This document shows, piece after piece, positions 43,344 through 58,424 of a stretch of DNA of 64,000 nt. The DNA lies in NCBI GenBank assembly GCA_964016885.1, contig OZ024741.1:185380001-185444000 (forward strand), given 5' to 3'. The translations under genes and the position numbers were made by a program. Position 1 is the stretch's first letter. Each line of letters starts with the position of its first letter. The notes beneath the pieces are model-generated. The model had not been told where the DNA came from. It was given only the letters and a program-made list of their open reading frames with translations, and did no database searches. The stretch is from Eledone cirrhosa. Lineage: Eukaryota.

Positions 43344-43814
43344 TTTAACTAATGTTTCTTCTTAGTCCGGAGAAATTAACTAAATAAATAATCAATTAAA
43401 CGGAGCTAATGGAAGTTTGAAGAAATAATTGATAAATGTTTACCGATATTTCTCACAAAGAGGTGTGAGTACCAGCGATGCCATCGGTGTAGTGACTGTC
43501 AAAAAGAGTTAATTGCAGGAATATTCTTCAAATTTCTTCTAAATGAAGAATCCTATTGAAATCCAATACGTGATGGTTATTGGTATTAATTGGTTTGCCG
43601 CCTGTCTAGATCAATTAATCGTATTGTTAATATAGTGATGATGTTGACAGTGTTGATATTGCTACTGGTGCAGACATTGATGATATATGCGTTGGTGTTT
43701 GGCACTGTTCACAAGAGACGGTGTTTTAGATTATGGTGGCAGAAGTAATGGCAGGGTTAGTAATGACGATCCTGACGTATATGTTGATGATAATTGTGTT
43801 GCTGTTGATGGCGA

Positions 43815-43870
<56 letters not shown>

Positions 43871-43947
43871 ATGACGATGATGATGATTATAATGTTGGTA
43901 ATGATGATGTTGATAATGATGGTAATGATAATGATCTTGATGATAAT

Positions 43948-44046
43948 AATTGTTTCTACGTTAGGCACAAGGCCGGCAATTAACCAGTGTATTACTGGTA
44001 CTGTATTGTATCGACCCCCGTAAGGATGAAAGGCAAAGTTAACCTC
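43948..44046 (-). mobile_element. 5'-truncated SINE in (GAT)n
   Basis: Core and tail only. Confidence 0.85.
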
Positions 44047-44104
44047 TTGATGATAATAATGATGATGATGACGGACGATGACGACGATGATGATGATAAC
44101 GAAC

Positions 44105-44160
<56 letters not shown>

Positions 44161-44899
44161 GTTGTTGCCAGTGGTTGATGGTGATGATGACGATTACGAT
44201 GGTAGAAATTGAACTGGCGTTGCGGTTGTCTTGCTTGTGGCATTGGTCATTATTAGTATTTTAGGTTTCGGCTGTTGACCCTAATGCTGGTGTTCAAATT
44301 GACGTTGATGTTGTTGGATATATATATAGTATTGACGAACTCATTAATGTTATTGATATGACAGTCTTGTCTAGACACAGGTGTTAACGTAAAGGCCATA
44401 GTGTTGACTGGAGTTAGTAGATGGTAGTGGCATTAATGAAGGTAGTATCAACCGTCTCGATGAAATTGGTTACTAAATATTGCTACTGCTAGCGGTGATC
44501 ATTGTAGTAGTTTTTCTGTTGTTGGTGGTGTGGAAGTACAGTAATGATTTTAGTGAAGGTAAAGTAATGGTTTTGACATGTGTGTTAAGTATACGTTCGT
44601 AATGTTGATTGGTGAGCATAATATATTCAGTGTTGCTGATAACGGTATTTGTATTGGTGTTAGTGGTTACTGTGTTAGTGAAAATAGAGTTATTTTGATG
44701 AGAGAGGAAACAGAAGTTTTTGCCGGTGGCGCGGGTGTTAGCATGGTGCTGTTAGTATCTAGTATATTCGAGTTAAATATGCAAGAAATGGTCTTCATCT
44801 TGATGGTGATGGTAATGCTATTATTTGTTGTAATTGTGGAGTTGCTGTTGGTGATAATGATGTTATTTTTGATTGTGTTGATGATAGTGATGGTTGTGA

Positions 44900-45088
44900 T
44901 AATTATTTCTACTTTTGGCACAAGGCCGGCAATTATCCCAGTGCATTACTGGTACTTTATTTTACCGACCCCGTAAGGATGAAAGGCAAAGTTAACCTTG
45001 GAGTGATTTGAACTCAGACCATAAAGGGCCGTAACTCTATGCTGGAAAGCATGGCATCCGACCCCTCTACCGATACTGCCAATCCACT
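44900..45088 (-). mobile_element. tRNA-derived SINE
   Basis: Full consensus. Confidence 0.9.
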
Positions 45089-45501
45089 GCCCCTGATGGT
45101 AGTTATAATGGTATTGATGTTGCTGGTCGCAGTGGTGTTCGCTGTTGTCATTTCTCCAGAGGTGATGATGATGATGCTCGTATTGAAGACAACGGCAAGT
45201 CGATTATAATGATTATGAGCATAAGGATAGTGATATTGAAGATGGCCTTGATGATACCGATGATATGATGATGGTGATGATGGTGATGATGGTGATTTTG
45301 ATTATGTTATTGGTGGTGATGTTGGTGATGATAATGATGATGATTATGATGATGAGGGAGATGTTCTGATAATGGGGATGATAATGATAATGGTGTTGAT
45401 GTTGTTGTTGGTGGTGGCTGTAGTGGGGTGCTGGCAGTTATCTTGATCATAATGATGATGGTGGTGGTGAAAGTAATGTTGAGGCTGATGATGATAATTA
45501 T

Positions 45502-45690
45502 AATTGTTTCTACTTTTGGCACCAGGCCACCAATTATCCCAGTGCATTACTGGTACTTTATATTTTACCGATCCCGTAAGGATGAAAGGCAAAGTAAACC
45601 TCGGAGGGATTTGAACTCAGATCATAAAGGGAGGTAACTCTATGCTTCAAAGCATGGCGCCCGTCCCTCTACCGATACTGCCAATCCACC
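45502..45690 (-). mobile_element. tRNA-derived SINE with 21-bp TSD
   Basis: gctgatgatgataattataat at 45484 and 45691. Confidence 0.9.
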
Positions 45691-45801
45691 GCTGATGATG
45701 ATAATTATAATGATAGCTGTGATGGCGATGATGGAAATAATGGAGATAAATGGTGATGATAGTGTTGATGATATTGACGATGATGATAAATGTATTCTTA
45801 C

Positions 45802-45853
45802 CACGGCAGCGTCTATCAGTCGCAGCTTTGATGTGTGAATCTTTCGTCCCTTG
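45802..45853 (-). CDS. Candidate internal exon, gene 2
   Basis: aaattgacatacag acceptor, GTG|gtaagaat donor. Confidence 0.4.
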
Positions 45854-46109
45854 CTGTATGTCAATTTTATTTAAAGCAATATCTACAACAAGAATATTGA
45901 AGCAACAATCGCATCTCTAACAGCAATACTACAGCTATCCCTACCACCAACCGCACTGACACTTTATATAATGATAATTTGTATTTTTGTTTCAATTCTC
46001 TTGGTACGGTTCCTGATATTGTTGGCATTGTGACGTTGAAAATATTGCTGATACTATTAACAATGATGTAATAGTAGTTAATGTTATTGTTGTTGTTGTT
46101 ATTATGATA

Positions 46110-46290
46110 GTGGATTGGCAGTATTGGTAGAGGGTCAGACATGCTTTCCAGCCTAGTTACGTCCCTTTACGATCTGAGTTCAAATCCCACTGAGGTTAAC
46201 TTTGCCTTTCATCCTTACGGGGTCGATAAAATAAAGTACCAGTAATACACTGAGTAATTGCTGGCCATGTGCCAAAAGTAGAAACAATTA
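46110..46290 (+). mobile_element. tRNA-derived SINE
   Basis: Full consensus. Confidence 0.9.
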
Positions 46291-47214
46291 TGATAGTGTC
46301 GATTTTATTGCTGTTGTTGATGATATTTTATATGTTATGGTCCTTGTTGTTATAATGTTGTTGCTAATGCTATCAATTGGTGCATATAATACAAAATATA
46401 ACACAAAATATTTTGTGCGACGCACCGACTTTTGTTTGTTCATTGCTCGCTAACAAACAGACATGCACACACCTACGGCTAAATGCAACCACAACAGTAA
46501 TGATTTGGGTTTTTTTAACCAGACATAAAACAACCTTTGGTGGTGTTTTATAACCAAATATATTCGATCATTATTAACTGGCAATAATTTGAATGCAACA
46601 TATATTGGTTTCCATTAAATGCTCCCAATTTCCATGTGATGGCATTTTAACAAGTGATGCTCCAAATAAAATCAGGTATGGGTTATCGAACGGGCTTTGC
46701 AAACGGCTATTGTAAAATATATTTGGTGCCACACAAATGCTTTAAGTGAAGTAAACCGAGACTGCAGAAAAAGATACTGGCCCAAAATGTCAGCCAAATT
46801 TCACACCGCATAAGAAGTAAATGCAAAGGTAACGGAAGCTATGGCAGTAGCCACGTGCCCGATTACCGCGCAGCGGTATCAAAACCGGTACGGAATAGGT
46901 GCATAGTGAAACAATGTTATGGTAGTTCGACCTAGGCATGACGTGATTATGAAGCAAAGATAGGGTATGGCAAAGACAAAAAAATAACCTCTCATCTACT
47001 TTGCTGGGCAATTTGATACGGCGTGGCTGCAAAGCAAATTTCAACGCACGGGCGTGATTGCAACTTCTTAATACCGTAAAGTATTATATCCCTAATCAAA
47101 TATTATATTGATTAAAATTAACATAGACAGCTTCAGTACAATATTGACGCCAATAAGTGCGGATATATACACTACCGCCACAACAGCAATCGCAAGACAA
47201 ATATATATATACTG

Positions 47215-47366
<152 letters not shown>

Positions 47367-47392
47367 TATAGCAATAATAATAAATGTGAAGA

Positions 47393-47437
<45 letters not shown>

Positions 47438-47849
47438 GAATGCTACATCGTGTCGACGAAGGTTATTAGTTATGCATAAAGAAACAATCGTTTATTGATT
47501 TTACCAATCGATAGATTGTTACTGAGTTATAACGCAGGGAACTGAACAATGACGGATGTAGACACAAACAGAGAGTGATACCAAACAAATGGCGAGAGAG
47601 AGATAGAGAGTGGAGTGAGTAATTAACGAAAGAGGGAAAAGGTATGGAGAAGGAGAATCAGTGCGATACAGACATAGTAAATTGATATAAATATACATGC
47701 ATAGTCTGCTTTATTGGGGGAACTAGAATAAGAGGTGGAGAATGCTACATTATTTAATTGTAAATATCGTATTCTGATTCAATTGCATTGATAATATGCT
47801 GCAATGGTAACTTATTGCATTGGTAGCTTTCAGTATTGTTTCTTAGTAT

Positions 47850-48330
47850 CTGGGCAGCAATGAACAAAATAGAAAGGTTATGGGAGTCAGATCTACCCTG
47901 TAAAATAAAACTATCATTCATTATATCGTCTGTTGAGTCAGTGTGTTGTGTGGAACATGTACATCAACGCTAACAGCAGCACTTGGTAAGAAACTAGATG
48001 GTGCATACATTAAAATGTTTAGGGTTGTACAAAACATAAACTGACGTCAACTAACTACAAATGAAAGTTTATACTGAAACTTGCCCAAGATTACAACTGT
48101 AGTTCCTCAAATACGGTTACGATTTGCAGGACTTTGCCGGAGAAGTAAGCAGCAGCAGGTTATACACAAGCTGCTATTGTGGGAACCAACTCACGGGAGA
48201 TGTTGTAGATGAAGACTTGCTCGAACATTCATCGATCAACTCTCAAACGATACAAACTTCAGTAGGGATCATTTGGCAGGAATAATAGAAAATTGTGAAT
48301 TGTGGAGAGAATTTGTCAGGAATGTTCGAC
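47850..48330 (+). mobile_element. Decayed RTE-clade LINE 3' fragment
   Basis: KKLDGAYIKMFR..RLRFAG..LLLWEPTHG. Confidence 0.8.
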
Positions 48331-48393
48331 TGTGGTCACAATGATGATAATGAATATGTTGTAACTGTAATGTATTATGGTACTACAGAATAG

Positions 48394-48678
48394 TGGAGGC
48401 ACGTGGCCTAGTGGTAAGGGCATTGGACTTACGATCATAATGTCATGGGTTCGATTCGTGGGTTGCGTGTTGTGTTCTTGAGCAAAACATTTCATTCCAC
48501 GCTGCTCCAGTATACTCAGCTGGAAACGAGTACCAGTAATAGCTGGGAGTTTAACTCTGCGATGGACTGGCGTCTTTTCCAAGGAGTCTCTTGTACTCTC
48601 AGTCGCTTCACGCCATGAAACTGGGATAAGCACCGGACAAATGAGCCTTATGGCTTAAGACACACTTTAGACTTTAGA
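48394..48678 (+). mobile_element. tRNA-derived CORE-like SINE, second family
   Basis: tggcctagtggt A box, ggttcgattc B box, gtgttcttgagcaa core. Confidence 0.85.
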
Positions 48679-49399
48679 TATACACACACATATATATATA
48701 TTAGTAACTGGAAGGGTTTATGATTGTTATATATATATATCAAATAGTTAACTTAGCAGCCAACGTATGCTTAGACTACAGAATATATTTAACCAACACA
48801 ATAAAAAGACAGATGTAATCCTCTCGTCTCTAGATACAATATCCGTGGAATGCTATCTTATTAAAGTTTTAAGTTAACTGCATAGTTACATTTACAAATA
48901 CAACTTTTTCTTTTTGATTATTTCATGATTGGTGTGATAACAGTGTTTTCTTTTAATGTTCTACTGTAACACATTATACATGTATAAATGTTTTAGCCAA
49001 GATTACATGTATAGGCACATGTAAAGTCCTTTTTTGTATATACAACATCTTCAAGGTTAGATAAAAGTGATTAGTAGATAGTGCTTCAATCCCGTGTGGA
49101 TATTTCGACAGTGTATGAGTAAAGAATATATAAGCATTATCTCCATGGTACATTCCACATTATTTATCGATGGGTATGCATCAAAGGAAGAGATATTGAA
49201 TGACAATTTCAAATTATAGTTACAATTACTAGTAGCACATTTTTTAGTCTGTACTCCTTTAAACAGACTTTCAATCAGAGAGGAATTTATCATAAACACA
49301 TATTAGCAAAGAACAGTTGGCGCAGAAAATGTTATGCAACCGCACAACATAACGTTTACTAACGAGAAAAACATTTGTTTCACTCCATTATTATCTTTA

Positions 49400-49735
49400 A
49401 GTGCAGTATCAGTAGAGAGTCGGACGCCATGATTTGACGCATAGAGTTACGTCCCTTTGCGCTCTGATTTCAAATCCCGCCGATGTTAACGTTGCCTTTC
49501 GGGATCGATAAAATATAGTACTAGTAATGCACTGGGATAATTGCTGGCTTTGTGTCAAAAGTAGAAATAATTATTATCTTTAAGGGCGGTGTAGTGGCAT
49601 TATCGGCAGAGCGGCAGACACCATGCTTTGCAACATAGGTTAGCTTTGGCTTTCATTATTACGGGGTCGATAAAATAAAGTACCAGTAATGCACTGGTAT
49701 AATTGCTCGTCTTGTGCCAAAAGTAGAAACAATTA
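49400..49735 (+). mobile_element. Two tandem SINE copies, second internally deleted
   Basis: attattatctttaa repeated three times. Confidence 0.85.
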
Positions 49736-50072
49736 TTATCTTTAAACGTTAAAACAAGTGCAATTAAGCAATTCATAGAGCTGGTAGACAAGCGTTTTCC
49801 AGTCAATTATCGTTAGATGACGATATTCAATACAAACAGAAGTACAGTTCATTACAATTGTTCTCTGAGTATGAAGGTATTTTTTTAGAAGAAAATCAGT
49901 AAAAGAATTGTCCCATGATTTCAATGTAGAAAAGCTGAAACATTCATGGCATGTAAGGTTGTTTTATACAAAACTGATATTACCTCAAAAGTAGCACATC
50001 AACCAATTGAATGGAAGCACTGCTTCAGAAAATACGGTCATGCTTAAATTACTTGGAGCCAGATGTGTGAAT

Positions 50073-50352
50073 TTCTTCTTCTTCTTCTTCTTCTTCTTCT
50101 TCTTCTTCTTCTTCTTCTTCTTCTTCTTCTTCTTCTCCTTCTCCTCCTCCTCCTCCTTCTTCTTCTTCTTCTTCTTCTTCTTCTTCTTCTTCTTCTTCTT
50201 CTTCATCTTCTTCTTCTCCTTCTCCCCCTCCTCCTCCTCCTCCTTCTCATTCTCCTCCTTCTCCTCCTTCTCCTCCCCCTCCTTCTCATTCCCCCCTCCT
50301 CCTTCTTCTTCTTCTTCTTCTTCTTCTTCTTCTTCTTCTTCTTCTTCTTCTT
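50073..50352. repeat. (CTT)n/(CCT)n tract
   Basis: Direct reading. Confidence 0.95.
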
Positions 50353-51007
50353 GCTCGGGGTCTTCCCGCTACGTCTCCCCTGCCGGTTGATTTTTGCCCG
50401 TAAAATCTGTCCAGCTAACCACAAGCAGCCGAAATGGTGTTCCGCCGAAGGGTCTTTGCGGTAACGTTTTCGATCGAATGCATAGCTCGGAGGTCCAGAT
50501 GGAGGCGCTACTTCTCCGAATTGAGATATCACAGATCCGATATGATGGGGATGTGGTTACTATGCTTATACAGTAATAATAATAAAATAAGCTCAAAAGC
50601 TTTTAATTCTCTATATTTGAAAGAATATAATTTTGTTACAACTTTATTACAGAAAATATTGATTAAGTTTTGCTGTTCTTAGCAAATGTTATACACACAA
50701 AATGTATTGACGCTAGCTCTAGACAGTACAACTATCTCTTTAGAACCCTCAAGTTGTAACGCAAAATGTTAAAAATAAAACGAGTGAAAATATTTGGAAA
50801 TGGCGTAGTAAAAACCTGAAAAGTTTAGTCTGCGACTCATCTTTGATATTTTGTCGCAAATAAAAAACGATTAAAACCAGCAATAAGAAATTAACATAAA
50901 AACAACTTGCCAAGTACAACAATGAATGCATCAAGCTCTAGTCCAATACTGTCTACTTAGGAACATATGTACTAAGACCGTATGTACTGATGAGATAGAA
51001 TTGACAA

Positions 51008-51054
<47 letters not shown>

Positions 51055-51067
51055 TATATGTATCCTT

Positions 51068-51262
51068 GATGTCAGAAAAACCACAAACCCTCCATCTCAA
51101 TTCTACTTTTGAAAAGCAGAAGGACTGCGAAACCGCTAAAGGAACCAAATAAATATATATTTTTTAAAAAAATTGCTACAGTTGCATTTTCGATTTCATC
51201 TTTTTTCCTTATACTTTCACTTCGGTTATTTTTTATTTTGTAAAAAAACCCTCACTTCCTAA
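51068..51262 (+). mobile_element. Family A copy with mutated HHR (51105-51142)
   Basis: Homology to 7988-8201; helix III reads ACCGCU. Confidence 0.85.
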
Positions 51263-51284
51263 TAATATATATATATATATATAC

Positions 51285-51660
<376 letters not shown>

Positions 51661-51736
51661 TATATATATATATGTAGTATTTCCGTAGGAAAGGTAGAGG
51701 AAAAGAGAGTGCTCTATGTAGGCTACAGATCTGTTT

Positions 51737-51861
51737 AGTTATGTAATAAACAACATCAGGTAATTAATTCATCTACCAGTGGTTTCTTGAAGACAGATAT
51801 TTATATCTGTCTTCAAGAAACCAGTGGTAAATGAATTAATTATCTTATGTTGTTTATTATA

Positions 51862-51867
<6 letters not shown>
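51737..51867. repeat. Fold-back palindrome containing an HHR 3' half
   Basis: Centre gatatttatatc; GAAACCAGUGGUA. Confidence 0.75.
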
Positions 51868-51912
<45 letters not shown>

Positions 51913-51915
<3 letters not shown>

Positions 51916-52099
51916 TAAACGGCAAAGAAAATGGTGACAAATTGTTCACAGTGAAAAATAGTTTAATTAGGAATAAGTGAGAATCAGTAATAGTATTGGT
52001 TAGTATTCAGTTTTAGTTTTAAGTTTTACCGGTTGCGCATTTCTAATGCTTTTCAAAAATAATTTTGAGATGGAGCGCCCGTGATGTTTGCTCTAATCT
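51913..52099 (-). mobile_element. Short element with HHR-like motif (52024-52060)
   Basis: UUGAAAA-GCAU UAGAA AUGC-GCAA-CCGG-UA; second copy at 62850-63276. Confidence 0.7.
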
Positions 52100-52125
52100 A
52101 TATATATGTGTGTATATATATATAT

Positions 52126-52205
<80 letters not shown>

Positions 52206-52226
52206 GTGTGTGTGTGCGTGTGTATG

Positions 52227-52266
<40 letters not shown>

Positions 52267-52393
52267 TAGCCGTCGAAAAGGCTTGAGCTCAGCCGTCGGG
52301 GTCCTACTTGTTCCTATTACCCACTCTACTACTCTAAGTATCGTGTACTTTGGTGCGTTATGGTCCACCTGGTTCCTTACCACATTTCCTTCG

Positions 52394-52469
<76 letters not shown>

Positions 52470-52793
52470 ATACAAAATATATATATATAAATATATGCAT
52501 ATATACACAAACGTACATTTATGGGTACATGCATGCATGAAAGTTCAAAGATACCTGTATGTGTTCTTATATTAGTATCGATGTGTATGTGAGTATGCAC
52601 ACGGAAGGGGGGGGGCAAAAAGATAGAGAGACTGTTTAACAAAAACACAGACGCAATCTATTCCTGGCATTTAAGTGGGCATTTATGTATGCATACATAC
52701 ATAAATACCCACTTAAATATGTGTGCATACACACGCACACATACATATATATATATATATACATATATATACATATATATATATTATATATAT

Positions 52794-52874
<81 letters not shown>

Positions 52875-52886
52875 CATATATATATA

Positions 52887-52964
<78 letters not shown>

Positions 52965-52968
<4 letters not shown>

Positions 52969-53189
52969 AAAAACAGATGAAATCGAAAATGCAACTGAAG
53001 TCTTATTTTTTTTAAAAATATATATATTTATTTATATATATATATATATTTATATATATAAATATATATATTTAAAAAAAAAATAAGACTTCAGTTGCAT
53101 TTTCGATTTCATCTCTTTTTCTTTATACTTTCACTCATGTAGGACACCTCGGTTATTTTTCATTTTGTAAAAAAAACCTCACTTTCTAA

Positions 53190-53190
<1 letters not shown>
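52965..53190. mobile_element. Family A tail-only fold-back
   Basis: Inverted arms around a TA centre. Confidence 0.8.
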
Positions 53191-53259
<69 letters not shown>

Positions 53260-53557
53260 TATGTATACGTACATACATATATGTATACAGACGTACAGTA
53301 GTATATATATACATACATATATGCACATATATTTATATATGTTTAGCGAACGTTTTTTATAATGCTCGTATTGTTTGTAAACAAGCAGCCCGAATTATTA
53401 GCCGTACAGTGTTCGGCAACCATCGTTGCCCTCTTTTTTAACACTGACAAAGGAACGATGAACCCATACGTACATATATATTTAAGTATCAGCCGTACTA
53501 AGAGTGGGAAATGAAATTTCGTTTTTTCCATTCATATATATATATTTATATATGTTA

Positions 53558-54232
53558 TTATACTTGGGGAGGGTCATATTTGTGTAATATTGCCAGAATT
53601 AATAACAGAACACACTCACTGTTTGGTTGGTTTTCGCTTCTCGCTGTCTTTTATATCGGTAATCTAACTTACTCGGTCCTCAATGTTGCCATTGACTGAC
53701 CGACGGTCAAAAAATAATACAGATACAATATAGACACAAACACATATATATAGTTTATCATAAATCTTTCGTTGCACATCTGCAACATCATCAGTGGTGT
53801 TATATTTTCCTCCTGTTGTGTTGTATGTCTACGCCATTTTTATTCAGTCTGTCTATATAGACAGACTGAATAAAAATAATAAAAATAAAAATAAAAATAA
53901 AAATAAAAATGGTGTAGACATACAACACAACAGGAGGAAAATATAACACCACTGACGATGTTGCAGATGTGCAACGAAAGATTTATGATAAACTATATAT
54001 ATGTGTTTGTGTCTATATTGTATCTGTATTATTTTTTGACCGTCGGTCAGTCAATGGCAACATTGAGGACCGAGTAAGTTAGATTACCTATATAAAAGAC
54101 AGCGAGAAGCGAAAACCAACCAAACAGTGAGTGTGTTCTGTTATAAATTCTAGCAATATTACACAAATATGACCCTCCCCAAGTATAACAATATTTGTTT
54201 CGACACACGATTTCATATAAAAAACCTCGCAA

Positions 54233-54235
<3 letters not shown>
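53558..54235. mobile_element. Family F palindrome, about 300-bp arms, two HHR-like motifs (53756-53799 minus, 53947-53990 plus)
   Basis: Mirror ORFs 53511-53699 and 54047-54232. Confidence 0.88.
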
Positions 54236-54288
<53 letters not shown>

Positions 54289-54305
54289 CTCATATCATGT
54301 AACCT

Positions 54306-54375
54306 TATTTTTTCTGATGAGAACACAATTTTTGTCCCAGGATGATGTTGTTTTCGAAATGCGCATAATAAAATA
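54306..54375 (+). ncRNA. Type I HHR with palindromic helix III
   Basis: UAUUUUUU-CUGAUGA-GAACACAAU..GUUGUUUUC-GAAA-UGCGCA-UA-AUAAAAUA. Confidence 0.78.
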
Positions 54376-54421
54376 TATATGGAACTTTTTTAACCATCTT
54401 TTAATGTCTTCTTTATATTAA

Positions 54422-54454
<33 letters not shown>

Positions 54455-54475
54455 TATATACACACACACACACAC

Positions 54476-54530
<55 letters not shown>

Positions 54531-55035
54531 ACCGCACATACACACACACACAGCCACACAAACACACATATGTATATATATATATATATGTATACATATA
54601 TATATGTATGTATGTATGTATGTAAATGTAATAAAAATAATAAAACAAATGGCACAGTACAAGTTGAGTTGCATACTGTTGAGCCAAATAATCAGCTGAT
54701 ATGGAATTTGCCGCCATTAGACAGCAGTGTCCTATTGCAGTAGGTTAGTATAATAGGCAACCGCCGTCTACAGTGAATACAATAGACACACACATATAGT
54801 AAAACTACAGCATAAAACAAGTGATACAATACAAATCAACAAAAAAATACAATAAATACGCGCACAGAACAAAAACACAAATGACTGTATAGATTTAGCC
54901 GTCTGTCTACTGTTGCTAAGCGCGGCTTCTATGAATTTCTTTATATATGTGTCTGTGTGTGTATATATATATATATGTGTGTGTGTGTATATGTCTGTGT
55001 GTGTGTCTGTGTGTGTATATGTCTGTGTGTGTGTG

Positions 55036-55068
<33 letters not shown>

Positions 55069-55069
55069 G

Positions 55070-55109
<40 letters not shown>

Positions 55110-55195
55110 TATACATTCATACATATCTCTCATTAAACATACACACAAACACACACACAGACACACATATATATATATATATATATACACACAGG

Positions 55196-55283
<88 letters not shown>

Positions 55284-55395
55284 TATGTGTGTGTGGGTAA
55301 GTGTGTGTGTGTCAGTGAGTGTGTCTGTGTGTGTGTTTGTGTGTATGTTTAATGAGAGATATGTATGAATGTATATATATATATATATATATATA

Positions 55396-55481
<86 letters not shown>

Positions 55482-55509
55482 CATATATATTTACATATAC
55501 GCATGTGCA

Positions 55510-55542
<33 letters not shown>

Positions 55543-55587
55543 GTATGTAAGTATGTATGTAATGTAAGTATGTATGTCTGTTAAGAA

Positions 55588-55645
<58 letters not shown>

Positions 55646-55869
55646 GTGTGTGTGTGTATGTGTATATGTGTATACATTTTTTTTTTTCTTTTCGTGTTAC
55701 TCGTTTTTATTCTAATTCTTTGAGGCAAAGAGATACAGCTGAGATCATTGCTTTCACTGTAGAGGGGGGACAACAAAGTAGAATAGGGATGGAAATAACA
55801 TGAAGATATAAATATGTAAATAAAAAAGGAAGTTATAATCATAACGGTACGGTACTGTTGGTAATGGAG

Positions 55870-56557
55870 ATGGTGGGGGGTGGGGGAGGGAGGGGGGAGG
55901 GGGGGGGGGGGGGGGTAATGGTGGTGTCTCTGTTTGTGGATATAAGGATGATGTTGATGTTGAAGATAGGGATGATAGTGGTGGTGGTGCCGGTGGTGGC
56001 AGTGGTGGTGGTGGCGATGCTGGTGGTGGTGATGGGTGGTGGTGGTGGTGGTGGTGGTGGTGGTGGCATTAGTATTGGTGATTGTGGTGGTGGTGGTGGT
56101 GGTGGCATTAGTATTGGTGATTGTGGTGGTGGTGGTGGTAGTGGTGGTGGTGGTGGTGGCATTAATATTGGTGATTCTGGTGGTGGTGGTGGTGGTGGTG
56201 GTGGCATTAGTATTGGTGACGGTGTTGTTGTTGGTTGTGGTGTGGCGGTTGAGTGGTGGTCGTGGTGGTGGTGATGGATGGTGGTGGTGGTGTCATTAGT
56301 ATTGGTGATTGTGGTGGTGGTGGTGGATGGTGGTGGTGGTGGTGGTGGTGGTGGTGATAGTGGTGGTGGTGGTGCTGGTGGTGGTGATAGTGGTGGTGGT
56401 GGTGGTGGCATTAGTATTGGTGATTGTGGTGGTGGTGGTGGTGGTGCCATTAGTATTGGTGATGGTGTTGTTGTTGGTTGTGGTGTGGCGGTTGAGTGGT
56501 GGTGGTGGTGGTGGTGGTGCTGGTGGTGGTGTTGGTTGAGCAGTAGTGCTGGTTGCG

Positions 56558-56588
<31 letters not shown>

Positions 56589-56715
56589 CTGAGTGGTGGT
56601 GTTGGTTGAGTGGTGGTGGTGTTGGTTGAGTTGTTGTTGTTTTTGTTGACGTTGTTGTTGTTGGTGGTGGTTGAGAGTGGTGGTGCTAGTTCAGTGGAGG
56701 TGGTGTTGGTTGAGC

Positions 56716-56746
<31 letters not shown>

Positions 56747-56812
56747 GGTTGAGTGGTGGTGTTGCTGCTGCTTGTCCTGGTTGTCGTCACCGGCCTGATT
56801 ACTGATGTGATG

Positions 56813-56844
<32 letters not shown>

Positions 56845-56850
56845 GATGGA
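55870..56850. repeat. GGT-rich minisatellite with ggcattagtattggtga anchor
   Basis: Direct reading. Confidence 0.9.
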
Positions 56851-56867
56851 CACGAAGTTGCTGATAA

Positions 56868-57761
56868 TAATTGTTTCTTCATTTGGCACAAGGCCAGCTA
56901 TTACCCCAGTACATTACTGGTACTTTATTTTATCGACCCCCGTAAGGATGAAAGGCAAAGTTAACCCCGGCGGGATTTAAACTCAGATCATAAAGGGCCG
57001 TAACTCTATGCTTCAAAGCATTGTGTCCGACTCTCTATCGATACTGCCAAACCACCGCTGATAATAATAATAATTGTTTCTACTTTAGGCACAAGGCCAG
57101 CAATTATTCCAGTGCATTACTGGTACTTTACTTTATCGACCCCGTAAGGATGAAAGGCAAAGTTAACCTCGGCGGGGATTTGAACTCAGAATGGCAAGGG
57201 GCCGTAACAATGTTGATGGTGATGTTTCTGATGATGGTGATGGTGAGAATAGCAGTGGTTACCTTTCATGGTGATGATGTATATGTGGGGTGGGCGGTCA
57301 AGTTGCCGTCGTTAATTATGGAGATGATGGTGATGTTAACAATGATGACAATGATGATGACGATGATTATAATGATAATTGTTTCTACGTTAGACACAAG
57401 GCCAGCAATTACCCAGTGTATTACTGGTACTTTATTTTATCGACCCCGTAAGGATGAAAGGCAAAGTTAACCTCGGCGGGATTTGAACTCAGAATGACAA
57501 GGGCCGTAACTCTATGCGTCAAAGCATGGCATCCGACACTCTACCAATACTGCCAATCCACCGCTTATAATGATAATTGTTTCTACTTTTGGCATAAGGC
57601 CAGAAATTACTCAGTGTATTACTGGTACTTTATTTTATCGACCCCGTAAGGATGAAAGGCAAAGTTAACCTCGGCGAGATTTGAACTCAGATCATAAAGG
57701 GACGTAACTCTATGCTACAAAGCATGGTGTTCGACTCTCTACCGATAATGCCAATCCACCG
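56868..57761 (-). mobile_element. Cluster of four co-oriented SINEs
   Basis: 56868-57057, 57072-57208, 57377-57563, 57575-57761. Confidence 0.9.
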
Positions 57762-57989
57762 CTTATAATGATAATTATGAGGAAGATGATGATGATGATG
57801 TTAGAATCCACGATGATGATGATGATGATAATTGCGACAACAGCTTCTAATTTAGGCCCAGTGCCACCAAATATGGGCAGAGTTGATGGTCAATTATATT
57901 TCCAGTAGTTTTAACAGTTTTTTACTTTAACGACTCCGAAGAAATTAACATCTAAGTTGATATCAGCGAGATTTGAAATAGGGACAAAA

Positions 57990-58305
57990 TAGAGTTACGT
58001 CCCTTTGTGGTCTGATCTCAAATCCCGCCGATGTTAACGTTGCCTTTCGGGATCGATAAAATAAAGTATTAGCACTGGAATAATTGCTGGATTTGTGTCA
58101 AACAGCGCTAGACATTATGTTTCCATTGGCAGTATCGGCAGAGGGTCGGACGCCATGCTTTGACGCATAGAGTTACGGCCCTTGCCATTCTGATATCAAA
58201 TCTCGCCGAGGTTAACTTTGCCTTTCATTCTTAAGGGGTGGATAAAATAAAGTACCAGTAATACACTGAGTAATTGCTGGTCTTGTTCCAACAGTAGAAA
58301 CAATT
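57990..58305 (+). mobile_element. One partial and one full SINE (TSD attatgtttcca)
   Basis: Consensus match. Confidence 0.85.
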
Positions 58306-58424
58306 ATGTTTCCAATACTCTAACTATTCTGCCAATTCAACACACAAAAGAAGAATATTAAACAATGGCGATAGTAAATATGATGATGCTTATGTTAGTA
58401 GAAGTTTTGATGGAGGTAGAGTGT

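Noticed and set aside
55839-56450. Proline-rich, formin/extensin-like ORF
   Set aside because: Reverse strand of the GGT minisatellite
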